Positions 37,257-52,700 of a stretch of DNA of 64,000 bases are shown here, in pieces (the first letter of the stretch is position 1; each line of letters begins with the position of its first letter). Under the pieces are notes generated by a model. That model saw only the letters and a list, made by a program, of their open reading frames with translations. It was not told where the DNA came from and made no database searches. Source of the stretch: Mobula hypostoma (Eukaryota); contig NC_086097.1 in the NCBI RefSeq assembly GCF_963921235.1, positions 152,398,001-152,462,000 on the forward strand, in the 5' to 3' direction. Both the position numbers and the translations under genes were made by a program.

Positions 37257-38917
37257 TATAATTTTGTTAATTGTGTCCTCATATTGTGTTGCTGTTACAA
37301 AAATCTTATAGTCATGGCATTTATACATGGTGCAGGTGCACCCGTGACAATCATAAAGTTGATCTTGAGCTTGAAAGCATCATAGACAGCTGTGAATGTA
37401 CTGTTGGCATCTATAGAGGTTGCAGTGACATGATAGACAAAAAAGGTCATGTGATTAGAAGTGAAGCACTTCCAGCTCTTGCCATTCTTTCAAATGCTAT
37501 TTAAACTCTATTACTGCAAACATATTGATCAGTGTTGGTAGAGAGATAGCTGATTTGGACTTGATAAAATCTCTTTCAAATTGAAAGGTTGTAAAATTAA
37601 ACCGTCTATTGCTCTGCAAATATTTGGTTCCTGTCAATCAAGGAAAAAGTTGTAAAAGTTTTTTTTAGTAACTCTATACACAATAATGGAATTAGATATC
37701 ATATGTGAATATGACATTAGAAAGGATCATTTCCACCCTTTTAATCTATAACACTCACAGAACCTTATTCCCCCACTAATTTTCCCTTTGATTCTCCCTG
37801 CAGTTGCTACATTTGTCCTTATGTCTGTCTCTTCGTAAGTATTATTCTAATATTGGTTGCTCTTGCAACGAGGTAAAATGAGTAATGGTTCCATCTTGGC
37901 ATCACTAAAAATTCTTCATCAGGTAAATTTGTTTGTACTCAAGTACAGAAAAACAGAAGTATGAAATGTACTCAGAAGGTGTCTGAAAGAGAGAAAAAAG
38001 GAGCTGAGAAGGATAGAGAAATGTATAGTTGTCGGGTGAGGTAATAGTGAGGGAGGCAAGAGAAAGATTTGGGAAGGGAGAAAATGGGTTGACAGCTACA
38101 GAGAAGGGGAGAAAGCCAAGACTAGTAAAGATAAAAAGGGGGGTGTCAGGACACAGATCTTTGGTCAGAACACCATACTAAGGATTCGTGATCAATAATT
38201 ACTTTCTTTTTACACTAATTACACATTCACACATTCAGCAATTCAGGAGCAATGTATGAATCACATTGTACTGCTGTTGCTAAATTAAAAATTTCATGAC
38301 GTATCTAGGCGATATTAAACATGATTATGAATTTTCATTGTAAGATTGCTGGATTTTCCTCTGGTGAATTTCTAGGAGGATGACACCAGGAAAGTCATCC
38401 CTATCATGCTTTGCTGGAGATCAGATGATTTTTCAGTTTGTTTTCCTTCTATCCAACAGAATCCCCTATGCCGCTAATTTACAAAGATAACCAGAGAAAA
38501 TAACCGAAACATGTAATGAGACAGAGTGAAGGAGAGAGACCGAGAAGTGCAACTACAGAGAAGCCAATAGTAAGAGAGGAAACTATGGTGAGCAGCAAAT
38601 GCCAAGAAATAGAGCAAGATAACAGATTGTTACAAGAGGAAGCAAGGACTGATCGAGCAACAAGCTGGAAGCATCAGTTAGAGAGCAGCAGATGTATCTC
38701 AAAAGAGCAGTACAGAGAATTCAAGAAGCATAGTGGAACATTTTAAATCAGTGGCTTGTTTGAGAGTCATGGCTATATGAAAGAATCCTTTTCAGAACAC
38801 CACGTAAATAATTTCACACTGTTTTTGCTTAGCAGAGGCTCAGGTTTGAGGAAATGTGAATCCAGTCAAGAGGATGCTAGGGATATTAACGAAAGTCCTT
38901 GGTGAACATTCCTAGGT

Positions 38918-39185
38918 GTTACATATAATATTGAGAACATGAGTTGTAGAGTCCTTGAAAATGAGTCCATACATTATGGAATAATTTCAGTGCTGAGATG
39001 AGCGTTGTAATCCTTGCTGGTTCAGAAGCCTCATGGTTGAAGGGTAACAATGTTTCTGAACAACGTGGTGTGGGACCTAAGGATCTTGCACCTCCTCCTT
39101 GATGGCAGCAATGAGATGAGAGTATGGCCTGGATGGTGGGATCATTGTTGATGGATGCTGCTTCCTTGTGACAGTGCTCCTTGTA
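38918..39185 (-). mobile_element. Rex1/Babar LINE 3' fragment
   Basis: HCHKEAASINNDP...PSRRRCK-type C-terminal similarity. Confidence 0.65.
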
Positions 39186-39186
39186 C

Positions 39187-39485
39187 TCAAACTTCAAACT
39201 TCCTGCATGATCACTCAAAGAGCTGAACTGCATGTGCATGTAACGAAAGCTGTATAACTCATCTCCTTCTACTGTAGGTCACGGACTTATCAATCACCCC
39301 TGCTGTTGACCACTTTTTGGAGGTCAAAGACACCGACTTCTACAAAGAAGGGATCCGTATACTCCATGACCGCTGGACTAAGTGTGTAAATATAGGAGGG
39401 GATTATTTTGAAAAATAAATCTGCTAGCTTTTCTGAAATTGACCCCTTCTACCATGGGCCACGAACTTATCAATCACCCCTCGTA
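39187..39485 (+). mobile_element. Mariner-derived non-autonomous element (transposase C-terminus plus TIR)
   Basis: 39302-39418 encodes AVDHFLEVKDTDFYKEGIRILHDRWTKCVNIGGDYFEK*, a mariner C-terminal motif. The terminus gccacgaacttatcaatcacccctcg is followed by TA. Confidence 0.85.
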
Positions 39486-41361
39486 ACTCTTTATGAAAAA
39501 TCTGCAACGTTTATATTAAAGCAAAGGTCAAATATCACAGATAATCCAATGAAAGTCATGGACAGTAATTGGTATATTTTGCCATATCTTTCTGCAGATT
39601 TAATAGCAAAACCGCCATTCTTTGTTCATTAACTGTTATGTTCCTGGACTGAAACTTACAAATCAGAGATGAAAATCCATCATAGCAGTCAGAAGATTTA
39701 AATTCAGTTTGTGAAGTCCATTCAGGATGAATAAACTAGTACAAGTAATAAGACTATAAAACCATAAAATATAGCAGGAGGATTAGGCCATTTGGCCCTT
39801 TGAGTCTGCTCCATCATTTCATCATGGCTGATCCATTTTACCTCTCAGTCCCAATCCCCTGCCTTCTCCCTGTATCCCTTCATGCCTTAACCACTCAAGA
39901 AACTATCAGCTTCTACCTTTAATATACATGAAGACCTGGCCTCCACAGCTGCCCGTGGCAATGAATTCGATAGATTTGCTCCTCTCCAGCTAAAGAAATT
40001 CCTCCTCATCCCCATTCTAAAAGGACACCCCTCTTTTCTGATGCTGTGTCCTCTGGTCTTGTATTCTCCCACCATAGAAAGCATTCTCTTTCTCAAAGCC
40101 TTTCACCATTTGATAGGTTTCAATTAGGCTACCCCTCATTCTTCTGAATTCCAGTGAATACAGGCCCAGAGCCAACAAATGCTTTTCATGTGACAAACCT
40201 TTTAATCCTGGAATAATTTTCATGAGCCTCCTTTGAACCCTCTCCAGTTTCAACACATCCTTTCTAAGATAAGGGGCCTAAAACTGTTCACAGTATTCTA
40301 AGTGAGGCCTCGCCAGTGCTTTATAAAGTCTCAGCATTACATCCTTGCTTTTATATTTTAATCCTTTTGAAATGAGTGCATTTGCCTTCTTCAATACAGA
40401 CTCAATCTGCAAATTAGCATTTAGGGAATCCTGCACAAGGACTCCCAAATCCCTTTGTGCCTCAGATTTTTGTGTTTTCTGTCCATTAGAAAATGGTCAA
40501 CCCTTTCATTTCTTCTGCCAAAGTGCAGGGCTATACACTTACCATTTGCTACTTCTTTGGCCATTCCCTTAATCTGTCTAAGTTCTTCTGTAGCCTCCCT
40601 ATTTCCTCAAAACTACCTGCCCCTCCACCTAGCTTCATATCATCTGCAAACTTTGTAACAAAGTCACCAATTCCATGATTCAAATTACTGTATAGACATA
40701 TAATGTAAAACAAATTGGTCCCAGCAATCAACTGATTCTCCTTTGTCTATCCTGCTTGTTACTTCTTCAAAGAATGCCAACAGATTTGTCAGGCAAAATT
40801 TTGCCCTGAGGAAACCATGCTGACCATGGCCTATTTTATTATGTGCCTCCAAGTACCCCGAAACCTTAACAATCGACCCAATATCTTCCCAACCACTGAG
40901 ATCAGACTAATTGGCTTATAATTTCCTTTCTTCTGCCCCTCTCCCTTCTTAAAGAATGTAGTGACATTTGCAATCGTCCAGTCTTCCGGAACCATTACAG
41001 AATTTAGTGATTCTTGAATGATCATTACTAATGCCTCCACAATCTCTTCACTCACCTCTTTCAAAACTCTGGAGTGTACACCATCTGGTCCAGCTGACTG
41101 TTCTTCAGACCTTTCAGTTTCTCAAGAATATTCTCCCTATTAATGATAACTTCACACACTCCATGACCCCTGACACCTGGAACTTCCATCATACTGCTAG
41201 TGTCTTCCACAGTGAAGACTAATGTAAAATACATATTCCCTTCATCCACCATTTCCTTGTCCCCCATTACTATCTCTCCAGCAGTCCAATATCCACCTTT
41301 GCCTCTCGTTTACACTTTAGGTATATGAAGAAACTTTTGGTTTCCTCTTTAATATTATTGG

Positions 41362-42867
41362 TGTGTTGCCCTTAAGCATTTATTTGACTTTGTTGGGGCT
41401 ATGCTTTAAATGATTTGTTTATAACTATTTTCTAGTTAAAGTTAAAAGTTGATAATTAAGTTACAGTATAACAAAGGTAAATTCATTGTCTATGGTGTAT
41501 TGTGGCATGTGATGACGTCACCTCCGGTTTCGCCGCGTCTTATGTGTAACCTCCGGTTCGGGAAGGTGTGAAGGTGGGTGCCATGCGTGCAGCATGATCG
41601 TGAAGAGCTCCGTGTCTACCCACAAAGAAACATTATAGAAGCAATGCCGTAAGTTCATAAGAAAGTATTTGAAGTAAAAATATTAACATGATTTCTGTTA
41701 AGGAAGTGGCGGTTTGGGTGACACGCGTGTCGGCTTTTCAATTTCAAACATGGGGTGGGCTCGGGCCCGGCGGAGGTTTGACGGGACCCCTTTGCCCGTT
41801 ACTTGGGGCGGCTGGAGACACTCGCTAAAAGAAGAGAGCGCGCGTGGTCTCCAGAATGAAACAGACACTGTTTATGTTTGTATTTTTTTATCAGCAGTTT
41901 TCACCATAAGATGTTGTGACAAAAGAACCAGTTATCAGAAGATTGATGCCGATAAGAGGACAATGGGGGAACATGCAAGGTGCTAATAAGAGAGAGACGA
42001 GAGAGATTACCGAAAGGAGACACGGTTCCGAGTATTGTCAGAGACCGGTGGCTTTGAACCCTGAACTGTTTGAAGTTTGATGGACAGGCGATACCCCAGC
42101 AGGGGGACAAAAAGGGACAGGTTCACTAAGGCAACAGACACACGACTCCACGAGGTAACGAGACCCTGAAAGCGGTGTGCCCCCCAGCAAGTTGGTGGGA
42201 GTTTTTGGAGGTCTGGTCGCGGGACCAGCCATAGACGCACAGGGTGGAAAGATACGGTCGGGCGGAAACCTGGTGTGTGTGTCCGCCCTTGCCTGGGTGC
42301 CGGGTTCACCGCAGAAGAACGATTGTATCTGGAACGGAGGGGTCACAGTCGGTGACCTCAGAAGACATTACAAAGGGCTCGCCCGAAAGCTAATTGCGAG
42401 GAATATCGAAGGTCTGTTTGGAAACCGATTTGCATATTCATTCGTTCTCTCTCTCTCTCTCCCCAACGACACGACAGCGATTACTGCGAAATGAATTAAA
42501 CTGAACTCTGTGTCACTTGATGACTGATCATTTTACCCCTAGACTGCGATAGAGCTTGATTGTTCCAATTATCCTAGTTCTGTGTACATGTGTGTTTATT
42601 CATTGCTAAACTGTTGCACTTATATCCTTTTGATTAGAGTACTGTGTTGCTTATTTCTTTAATAAAACCTTCTCAGTTCCAGTAATCCAGACTCCAACTA
42701 AGTGGTCCATTTCTGCTGGTTTGGCAACCCAGTTACGGGGTACGTAACAATGTTAATGTGGAAGAGTGAACCTTACTCTTGGTTAACCTTACTACAACTC
42801 TGTCTTCATTGGCTTCAGTTTAACTTGGTGTTTAGTTAGAGTTTCCATACACTGCACAAGAACACTA
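41362..42867 (+). mobile_element. Outer LTR-like insertion, split by an inner LTR
   Basis: Non-CR1 sequence tgtgttgcc...gcacaagaaca interrupts attattgg|ctagc. An imperfect duplication attattgg/ataattgg surrounds it. Confidence 0.6.
41696..42749 (+). mobile_element. Inner CpG-rich solo LTR (~1.05 kb)
   Basis: Termini tgtta...gtaaca, AATAAA at 42661 and a GC/CpG-rich U3-like region. Confidence 0.7.
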
Positions 42868-43394
42868 TAATTGGCTAGCTTACTTTCTTATTCCATCTTT
42901 ACTTTAATAACTTTTTTAGTTGCCTTCTGTTCATATTTAAAAGCTTCCCAATCCTCTAACTTCCCACTAATTTTTGCTCTATTTCCACTGTGATACCGAT
43001 ACATCTGACTTTAGCTTCTCCTTCTCGAATTTCAGGGTGAATTTGATCACATTATGATCACTTTCCCCAAAGGGTTCTTTCATCTTAAACTCTCTAATCA
43101 ATTCTGGTTCATTGCAGAACACCCATGAAGACCATAAAGCTACTATATTGTTGTTTCACGGCCATTTGGTTTTGTTAATGTCATTCTCCAGAAAGAAAAC
43201 TGCTGTTTTTACTTAGTCAAGCCTCCGCCTGACTTTGGATCTCCTGCAAAGTGGTTGATTCTTAACTGCTCTGGATCGTAGCCAAGCAAACCACGCAAGG
43301 GCAGTTAGTCTTGGAGAAGTAATGTTGGGGTAAATGGAAGCAAGCCTTCTGCAATAACTACCAAGAACCTAATTATACAATTGCCATCTTTTAA

Positions 43395-43600
43395 ATTCCC
43401 CCCATATTCCCATCAACTCTTCCCATCCAGACTGTGTCACTCACCTACATACTAAGGGTAATATAAAGTGGCAAATTAAGTTACCCATTCACACATTTTT
43501 GGGCTTCAAAAGGATAGCAGAGTAACTAGGGAAAAGTGATGTGGAGGTCAGGATTAAACCCAGGTAACTAGAAACGTGAGGCATTCATCAATTATCACCT
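43395..43600 (-). mobile_element. Old V-SINE remnant
   Basis: ggaggtcaggattaaacccaggt is the reverse complement of a B-box-like head, with a degenerate core. Confidence 0.5.
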
Positions 43601-44234
43601 TGTAAACGGCAACCACTTTTCAGAAAAAGGTTATTTTAAAAATGACCATCAGAGTTTCGACCAGACCCAATATAAAGCATTTCACTTTGTTTTCTTTGTT
43701 AAGTCTGAAACAGAATTGGACTTGAACAAGAATTGGAATTGTACAACAGGATTGGTAATAGAGGGAAAGAAATGTTGTCCTTATTGGCATTGTATTGACA
43801 CCTTTCATATTGCTACAGCAAATAATTATTAAGAAATCAATTTGTGGAAGTTATGGTCTGCCAATACTGCATAGAAATATTACCAATCATAGGCAGAATC
43901 TAACAATGAAAACAGTGTCGAAGGAAGCAGAAGGGGAAGGAGTCTTTCAATTAAGATGCAAATACTGCCCGAATTCCGTTTGACAGATTTCTTTTTTTTT
44001 AAGATCAACAAACAACTATTTAATTCTGATGTGTTCTCAGTCACAACTGAAGCTTTCAGCTGGATCAGCTTATTCATATCTGAGAGCCTCGATCTAAATC
44101 CTTGATAATTCAGTTTCCACAGACAGTTGAAGACAACTATAACTAAGACAGAATTGCTTTTAGCATAATTCAATGGTGTACAAAACATTTATTATTTAAA
44201 TCTACATAAGAAGCCAACAGTTGTAACATATGCA

Positions 44235-44437
44235 TAGACACAAGTCTATAAATCTTGAGCAATGTACACATAGCACTGAAGGAACTCGGCATGTCATGCA
44301 GCATCCGTGGAGGGAAATGAACAGTCAGCATTTCAGGCCGACACATTCCCTAGTCCTGATGAAGGACCTTGTCCTGAAACACTGGCTGTTCAGTTCATTC
44401 CATAGATGCTGCCTGGCCTGCTGAGTCCCTCCAGCTA
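44235..44437. mobile_element. Second head-to-head inverted pair of PLE hammerhead-plus-tail modules
   Basis: The left arm (-) reads ...ggaactcggc...gcagcatc...acagtcagcatttcaggccgacac. The right arm (+) reads agtcCTGATGAaggaccttgtcctGAAAcactggct...gatgctgcctggcctgctgagtccctccagc. Possible TSD ttgtaacatatgca/ttgtaacatgtaca. Confidence 0.8.
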
Positions 44438-44477
44438 TTGTAACATGTACACTGGTTTGTTAGTTGTTGACAATATA

Positions 44478-45033
44478 AGTGGTCTCACGTGGCCTTTACA
44501 CACCAGCTGTGTGGTGAAAAAAGCACACCAGCACCTCTTTCACCTCAGACGATTGAGGAATTTTGAAGAACTTTCTACAGGGGCGCCATTGAGAGCATCC
44601 TGACTGGCTGCATTACTGCTTCGTATTCGAACTGTACTTCCCTTAATCGCAGGACTCTGCTGAAAGTGGTGTGGACAGCCCAAGCACATTTGTAGTCTTG
44701 AACTCCCCATGATTCAGGACATTTACAAGACAAGTGTGTAAAAAGGGCCCGTAGGATCACTGGGGACCCAAGTCACCCCAACCACCATCTACTCCAGCTG
44801 CTACCATCCGGAAACGGTACCACAGTATAAAAGCCAGGACCAACAGGCTCTGGGACAGCTTCTTCCACCAGGCCATCAGACTGATTAACTCACGCTGATT
44901 TGAGTGTACTTTATGGTACATGACTGTTCTATTTATTATGATTACACATATAGACGGAGACATAACAAAGATTTTTACTCCTCATGTATGCGAAGGATGT
45001 AAGAAATAAAGTCAATTTATTCAATTCATTCAA
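44478..45033 (+). mobile_element. Rex1/Babar LINE 3' fragment
   Basis: VVKKAHQHLFHLRRLRNF and FYRGAIESILTGCITAS, then an aataaa plus (ttcaa)n tail. Confidence 0.85.
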
Positions 45034-45968
45034 ATTTATGGGGAGTTGATAGACTGACAATAGCTAAGAAAGACCAGTTTAAAAAGCTTTTCTGTGAATT
45101 TTGTAATTTTAGCTCAAAGTTAACCTTGAACAAGATCCCCATGTTGGAATTAATACTTTAGGTATAATAAATTCAAAATATCACTTTCAAGAAAACTAGT
45201 CTAATGGAGCTTTATTTTATAATGAATAAGTATATGGATTAATGTACTAGGAAGATGAGACATATAGAATTTTATCAATTTTCTCTTCACTACTGTAACA
45301 GGCTGGGTTGATCAGACCCAAATATTCGAGTGTCCAGATGACGTGGTAATAAGCATAAAAGCACGACAATGTAGCTTAAGGTTAATAGAAAGTACAAATA
45401 AACCACACAAAATACTACAGCAAGTTACAGAGATTTCTGGGCTCACGATTCTTGGTCACCACTTGATTGTTGCTGTTGGGGAACTCTGATTTGCAATTCA
45501 GTTGTGAAACCACCCCTGGTTCCTAGGCACCAATTGTGATTTCTGGTCCCGGCTGAAGTCCAACGAAAATCTCGAAATGCAGGTCAATATATACACAAGT
45601 TTCACAAGTGCAGTCACCAAGAGACGGACAAACACTTTGAACTTTTGTTCTCATTCCTTCATGTCTGGATACATGCCTTATAAATACATTAAAATTTATA
45701 CATATAAGCAATAATACATTCACATTTTAATAGTTACTCATTGTTATTTCATTTACTCATCTCTGGACACATCTGGAGACATTACATTCCTTGGACTTTC
45801 AAAGTGCTTTAAGTTTATGTGTGAACAATAAGCCTGAGGTGAGAAAGAATCCAGCTATGAACATTCTACAGACATTAACGGACTTCACATGCTGCGGGTT
45901 TCAGGACAATTTAAGTTGTCATTGACCTAACAGACATGCAATGTTTTACAAAATCTAATACGGATGCA

Positions 45969-46364
45969 TGTTTTGCAAAGAACGGGTGAACCCAAATGCA
46001 GGGCACTGGCATGGAGATAGAGTTTGGATGCAGACGAGGGCGTCAGTGTGGCTGGAGCTGAACGGCAAACAGGAGGATGAACGGAAAGGCAGGCGGCAGG
46101 CAATGCTTCTCTTGACATGGAGAGACTGAGTTACACAGGAAAACCACAGTGCTGAAACAAAACAGAATACACAATCCTAAGCATCCAGGAACGTGAGTTA
46201 CCGCGCCGGCTGAGAAAACGATCTAGCGATGAATGGTTGCAAGGCCGGGGTAATTAGATGGAGGTTTAGATGAGAATCAGGTGTGTCACAATCAAGGAGC
46301 CTGGGAGAACATGGGGAAAAGGGAATTAGGAGAATATGAGGAATCAACAGTCGGGACTGTGGTA
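45969..46364 (-). repeat. 3' LTR of the Gypsy element
   Basis: About 396 bp, colinear with 54490-54887. The polypurine tract ggggagggggttac (- strand, 46365-46378) sits directly upstream. Confidence 0.92.
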
Positions 46365-46379
46365 GTAACCCCCTCCCCG

Positions 46380-49730
<3,351 letters not shown>

Positions 49731-52700
49731 CCGAAGGGGGCAGGTGGCAAGGACGTGGCTGGACTGGCCGCAATATAGACACTCGCCCGCTTTCATTCTC
49801 CGGAGTCGTTTAGTGGGAGAAAGGCGGTTCCGTCCCAGCTGCGTGGGTTCCGCTCCTGGGGCGGTCGAAGCGGCAGGGCTGGGAGCTACTCGGGGTGCAG
49901 GAGGAGGAGAGAGGCTTGTTCTGGCGGGAGGTGGTAAAGAGTGCCGAGAAGTGGCCAAGGGTCATGGATGACCAGTTCTCTCTCTATGGCGCTCTCGGAG
50001 GTGATTGTCCATCCTGGTGGCCAGGGAGATCAGGGAATCCAGGCTGTCAGAGTTGTCTCTCACCGCCAACTCGTCCTTCACCAGGTCGTTGAGTCCATTC
50101 AGAAAAACCTCCTGGAGTGGCTCATCGTTCCACCCTGAGTCGGTCGCCAACGTCTGGAACTCCACTGAATATTCAGCAACACTGCGGGAGCCCTGGCAGA
50201 GAATGAGTAGATGCTTGGCAGCGTCTTTAACACGGACGGGGTGATCGAAGATTTTTCTCATCTCCGTGATAAAACTGGTGAAAGAGAAGCAGATATCAGA
50301 TTGGTCGTCCCAAACTGCTGTGGCCCCGCTAATGCGCTCCCCCGTAGCAACCCCATGACAAGCAATTTTAGACTTACCTGTGGAGTAAGTCGACAACTGC
50401 TGTTCAAACACCAGGGAGCACTGAAGGACGAACATAGAACATAGAACATAGAATAGTACAGCACAGTACAGGCCCTTCGGCCCACAATGTTGTGCCAACC
50501 CTCAAATCCTGCCTCCCATATAAGCCCCCACCTTAAATTTCTCCATATACCTGCCTAGTAGTTTCTTAAACTTCACTAGTGTATTTGCCTCCACCACTGA
50601 CTCAGGCAGTGCATTCCACGCACCAACCACTCTCTGAGTCAAAAACCTTCCTCTACTGTCCCCCTTGAACTTCCCACCCCTTACCTTAAAGCCATGTCCT
50701 CTTGTATTGAGCAGTGGTGCCCTGGGGAAGAGGCGCTGGCTATCCACTCTATCTATTCCTCTTATTATCTTGTACACCTCTATCATGTCTCCTCTCATCC
50801 TCCTTTTCTCCAAAGAGTAAGGCCCCAGCTCCCTTAATCTCTGATCATAATGCATACTTTCTAAACCAGGCAGCATCATGGTAAATCTCCTCTGTACCCT
50901 TTCCAATGCTCCCACATCCTTCCTATAGTGAGGTGACCAGAACTGGACACAGTACTCCAAGTGTGGCCTAACCAGAGTTTTATACAGCTGCATCATTACA
51001 TCGCAACTCAAAAACTCTATCCCTCGACTTATGAAAGTTAACACCCCATAAGCTTTCTTAACTACCCTATCCACCTGTGAGGCAACTTTCAGGGATCTGT
51101 GGGCATGTACCCCCAGATCCCTCTGCTCCTGCACACTACCAAGTATCCTGCCATTTACTTTGTGCTCTGCCTTGGAGTTTGTCCTTCCAAAGTGTACCTC
51201 CTCACATTTCTCTGGGTTGAACTCCATCTGCCAATTCTCAGCCCACTTCTGCATCCAATTAATGTCTCTCTGCAATCTTTGACAATCCTCTACACTATCT
51301 ACAACACCACCAACCTTTGTGTCATCTGCAAACTTGCCAACCCACCCTTCTACCCCCACATCCAAGTCGTTAATAAAAATCACAAAAAGTAGAGGTCCCA
51401 GAACAGATCCTTGTGGGACACCACTAGTCACAATCCTTCAATCTGAATGTACTTCCTCCACCACGATCCTCTGCCTTCTGCAGGCAAGCCAATTCTGAAT
51501 CCACCTGGCCAAACTTCCCTGAATCCCATGCCTTCTAACTTTCTGAATAAGCCTACCGTGTGGAACCTTGTCAAATGCCTTACTAAAATCCATATAGATC
51601 ACATCCACTGCACTACCCTCATCTATATGCCTGGTCACCTCCTCAAAGAACTCTAACAGGCTTGTTAGACACGATCTGCCCTTCACAAAGCCATGCTGAC
51701 TGTCCTTGATCAGACCATGATTCTGTAAATGCCTATAGATCCTATCTCTAAGAATCTTTTCCAACAGCTTTCCCACCACAGACGTAAGACTCACTGGTCT
51801 ATAATTACTCGGACTATCCCTACTACCTTTTTAGAACAAGGGGACAACATTCGCCTCCCTCCAATCCTCCGGTACCAATCCCGTGGACAACGAGGACATA
51901 ATGATCCTAGCCAGAGGCTCAGCAATCTCTTCTCTCGCCTCGGGGAACAGCCTGGGGAATATTCCGTCAGGCCCCGGGGACTTATCTGTCCTAATGTATT
52001 TTAACGACTCCAACACCTCCTCTCCCTTAATATCAACATGCTCCAGAACATCAACCTCACTCATATTGTCCTCACCATCATCAAGTTCCTTCTCACTGGT
52101 GAATACCGAAGAGATGTATTCATTGAGGACCTTGCTCACTTCCACAGCCTCCAGGCACATTTTCCCACCTTTATCTCTAATGGGTCCTACCTTCACTCCT
52201 GTCATCCTTTTCTTCTTCACATAATTGAAGAATGCCTTGGGGTTTTCCTTTACCCTACTTGCCAAGGCCTTCTCATGCCCCCTTCTTGCTCTTCTCAACC
52301 CCTTCTTAAGCTCCTTTCTTGCTTCCCTATATTCCTCAATAGACCCATCTGATCCTTGCTTCCTAAACCTCATGTATGCTGCCTTCTTCCACCTGACTAG
52401 ATTTTCCACCTCACTTGTCACCCATGGTTCCTTCACCCTACCATTTGTTATCTTCCTCACCGGGACAAATTTATCCCTAACATCCCGCAAGAGATCTCTA
52501 AACTTTGACCACATGTCCATAGTACATTTCCCTGCAAAAACATCATCCCAATTCACACCTGCAAGTTCTAGCCTTATAGCCTCATAATTTGCCTTTCCCC
52601 AATTAAAAATTTTCCTGTGCTCTCTGATTCTATCCTTTTCCATGATAATGCTAAAGGCCAGGGAGCGGTGGTTACTGTCCCCCAGATGCTCACCCACTGA

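Larger units (their letters stand above)
39752..43126 (-). mobile_element. Decayed, internally deleted CR1 LINE interrupted by nested LTRs
   Basis: VTKFADDMKLGG, VPEDWTIANVTTFFKKG and LERVQRRL. The tail gactataaaaccataaaatatagc is at the left end. CR1 resumes at about 42868. Confidence 0.9.
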
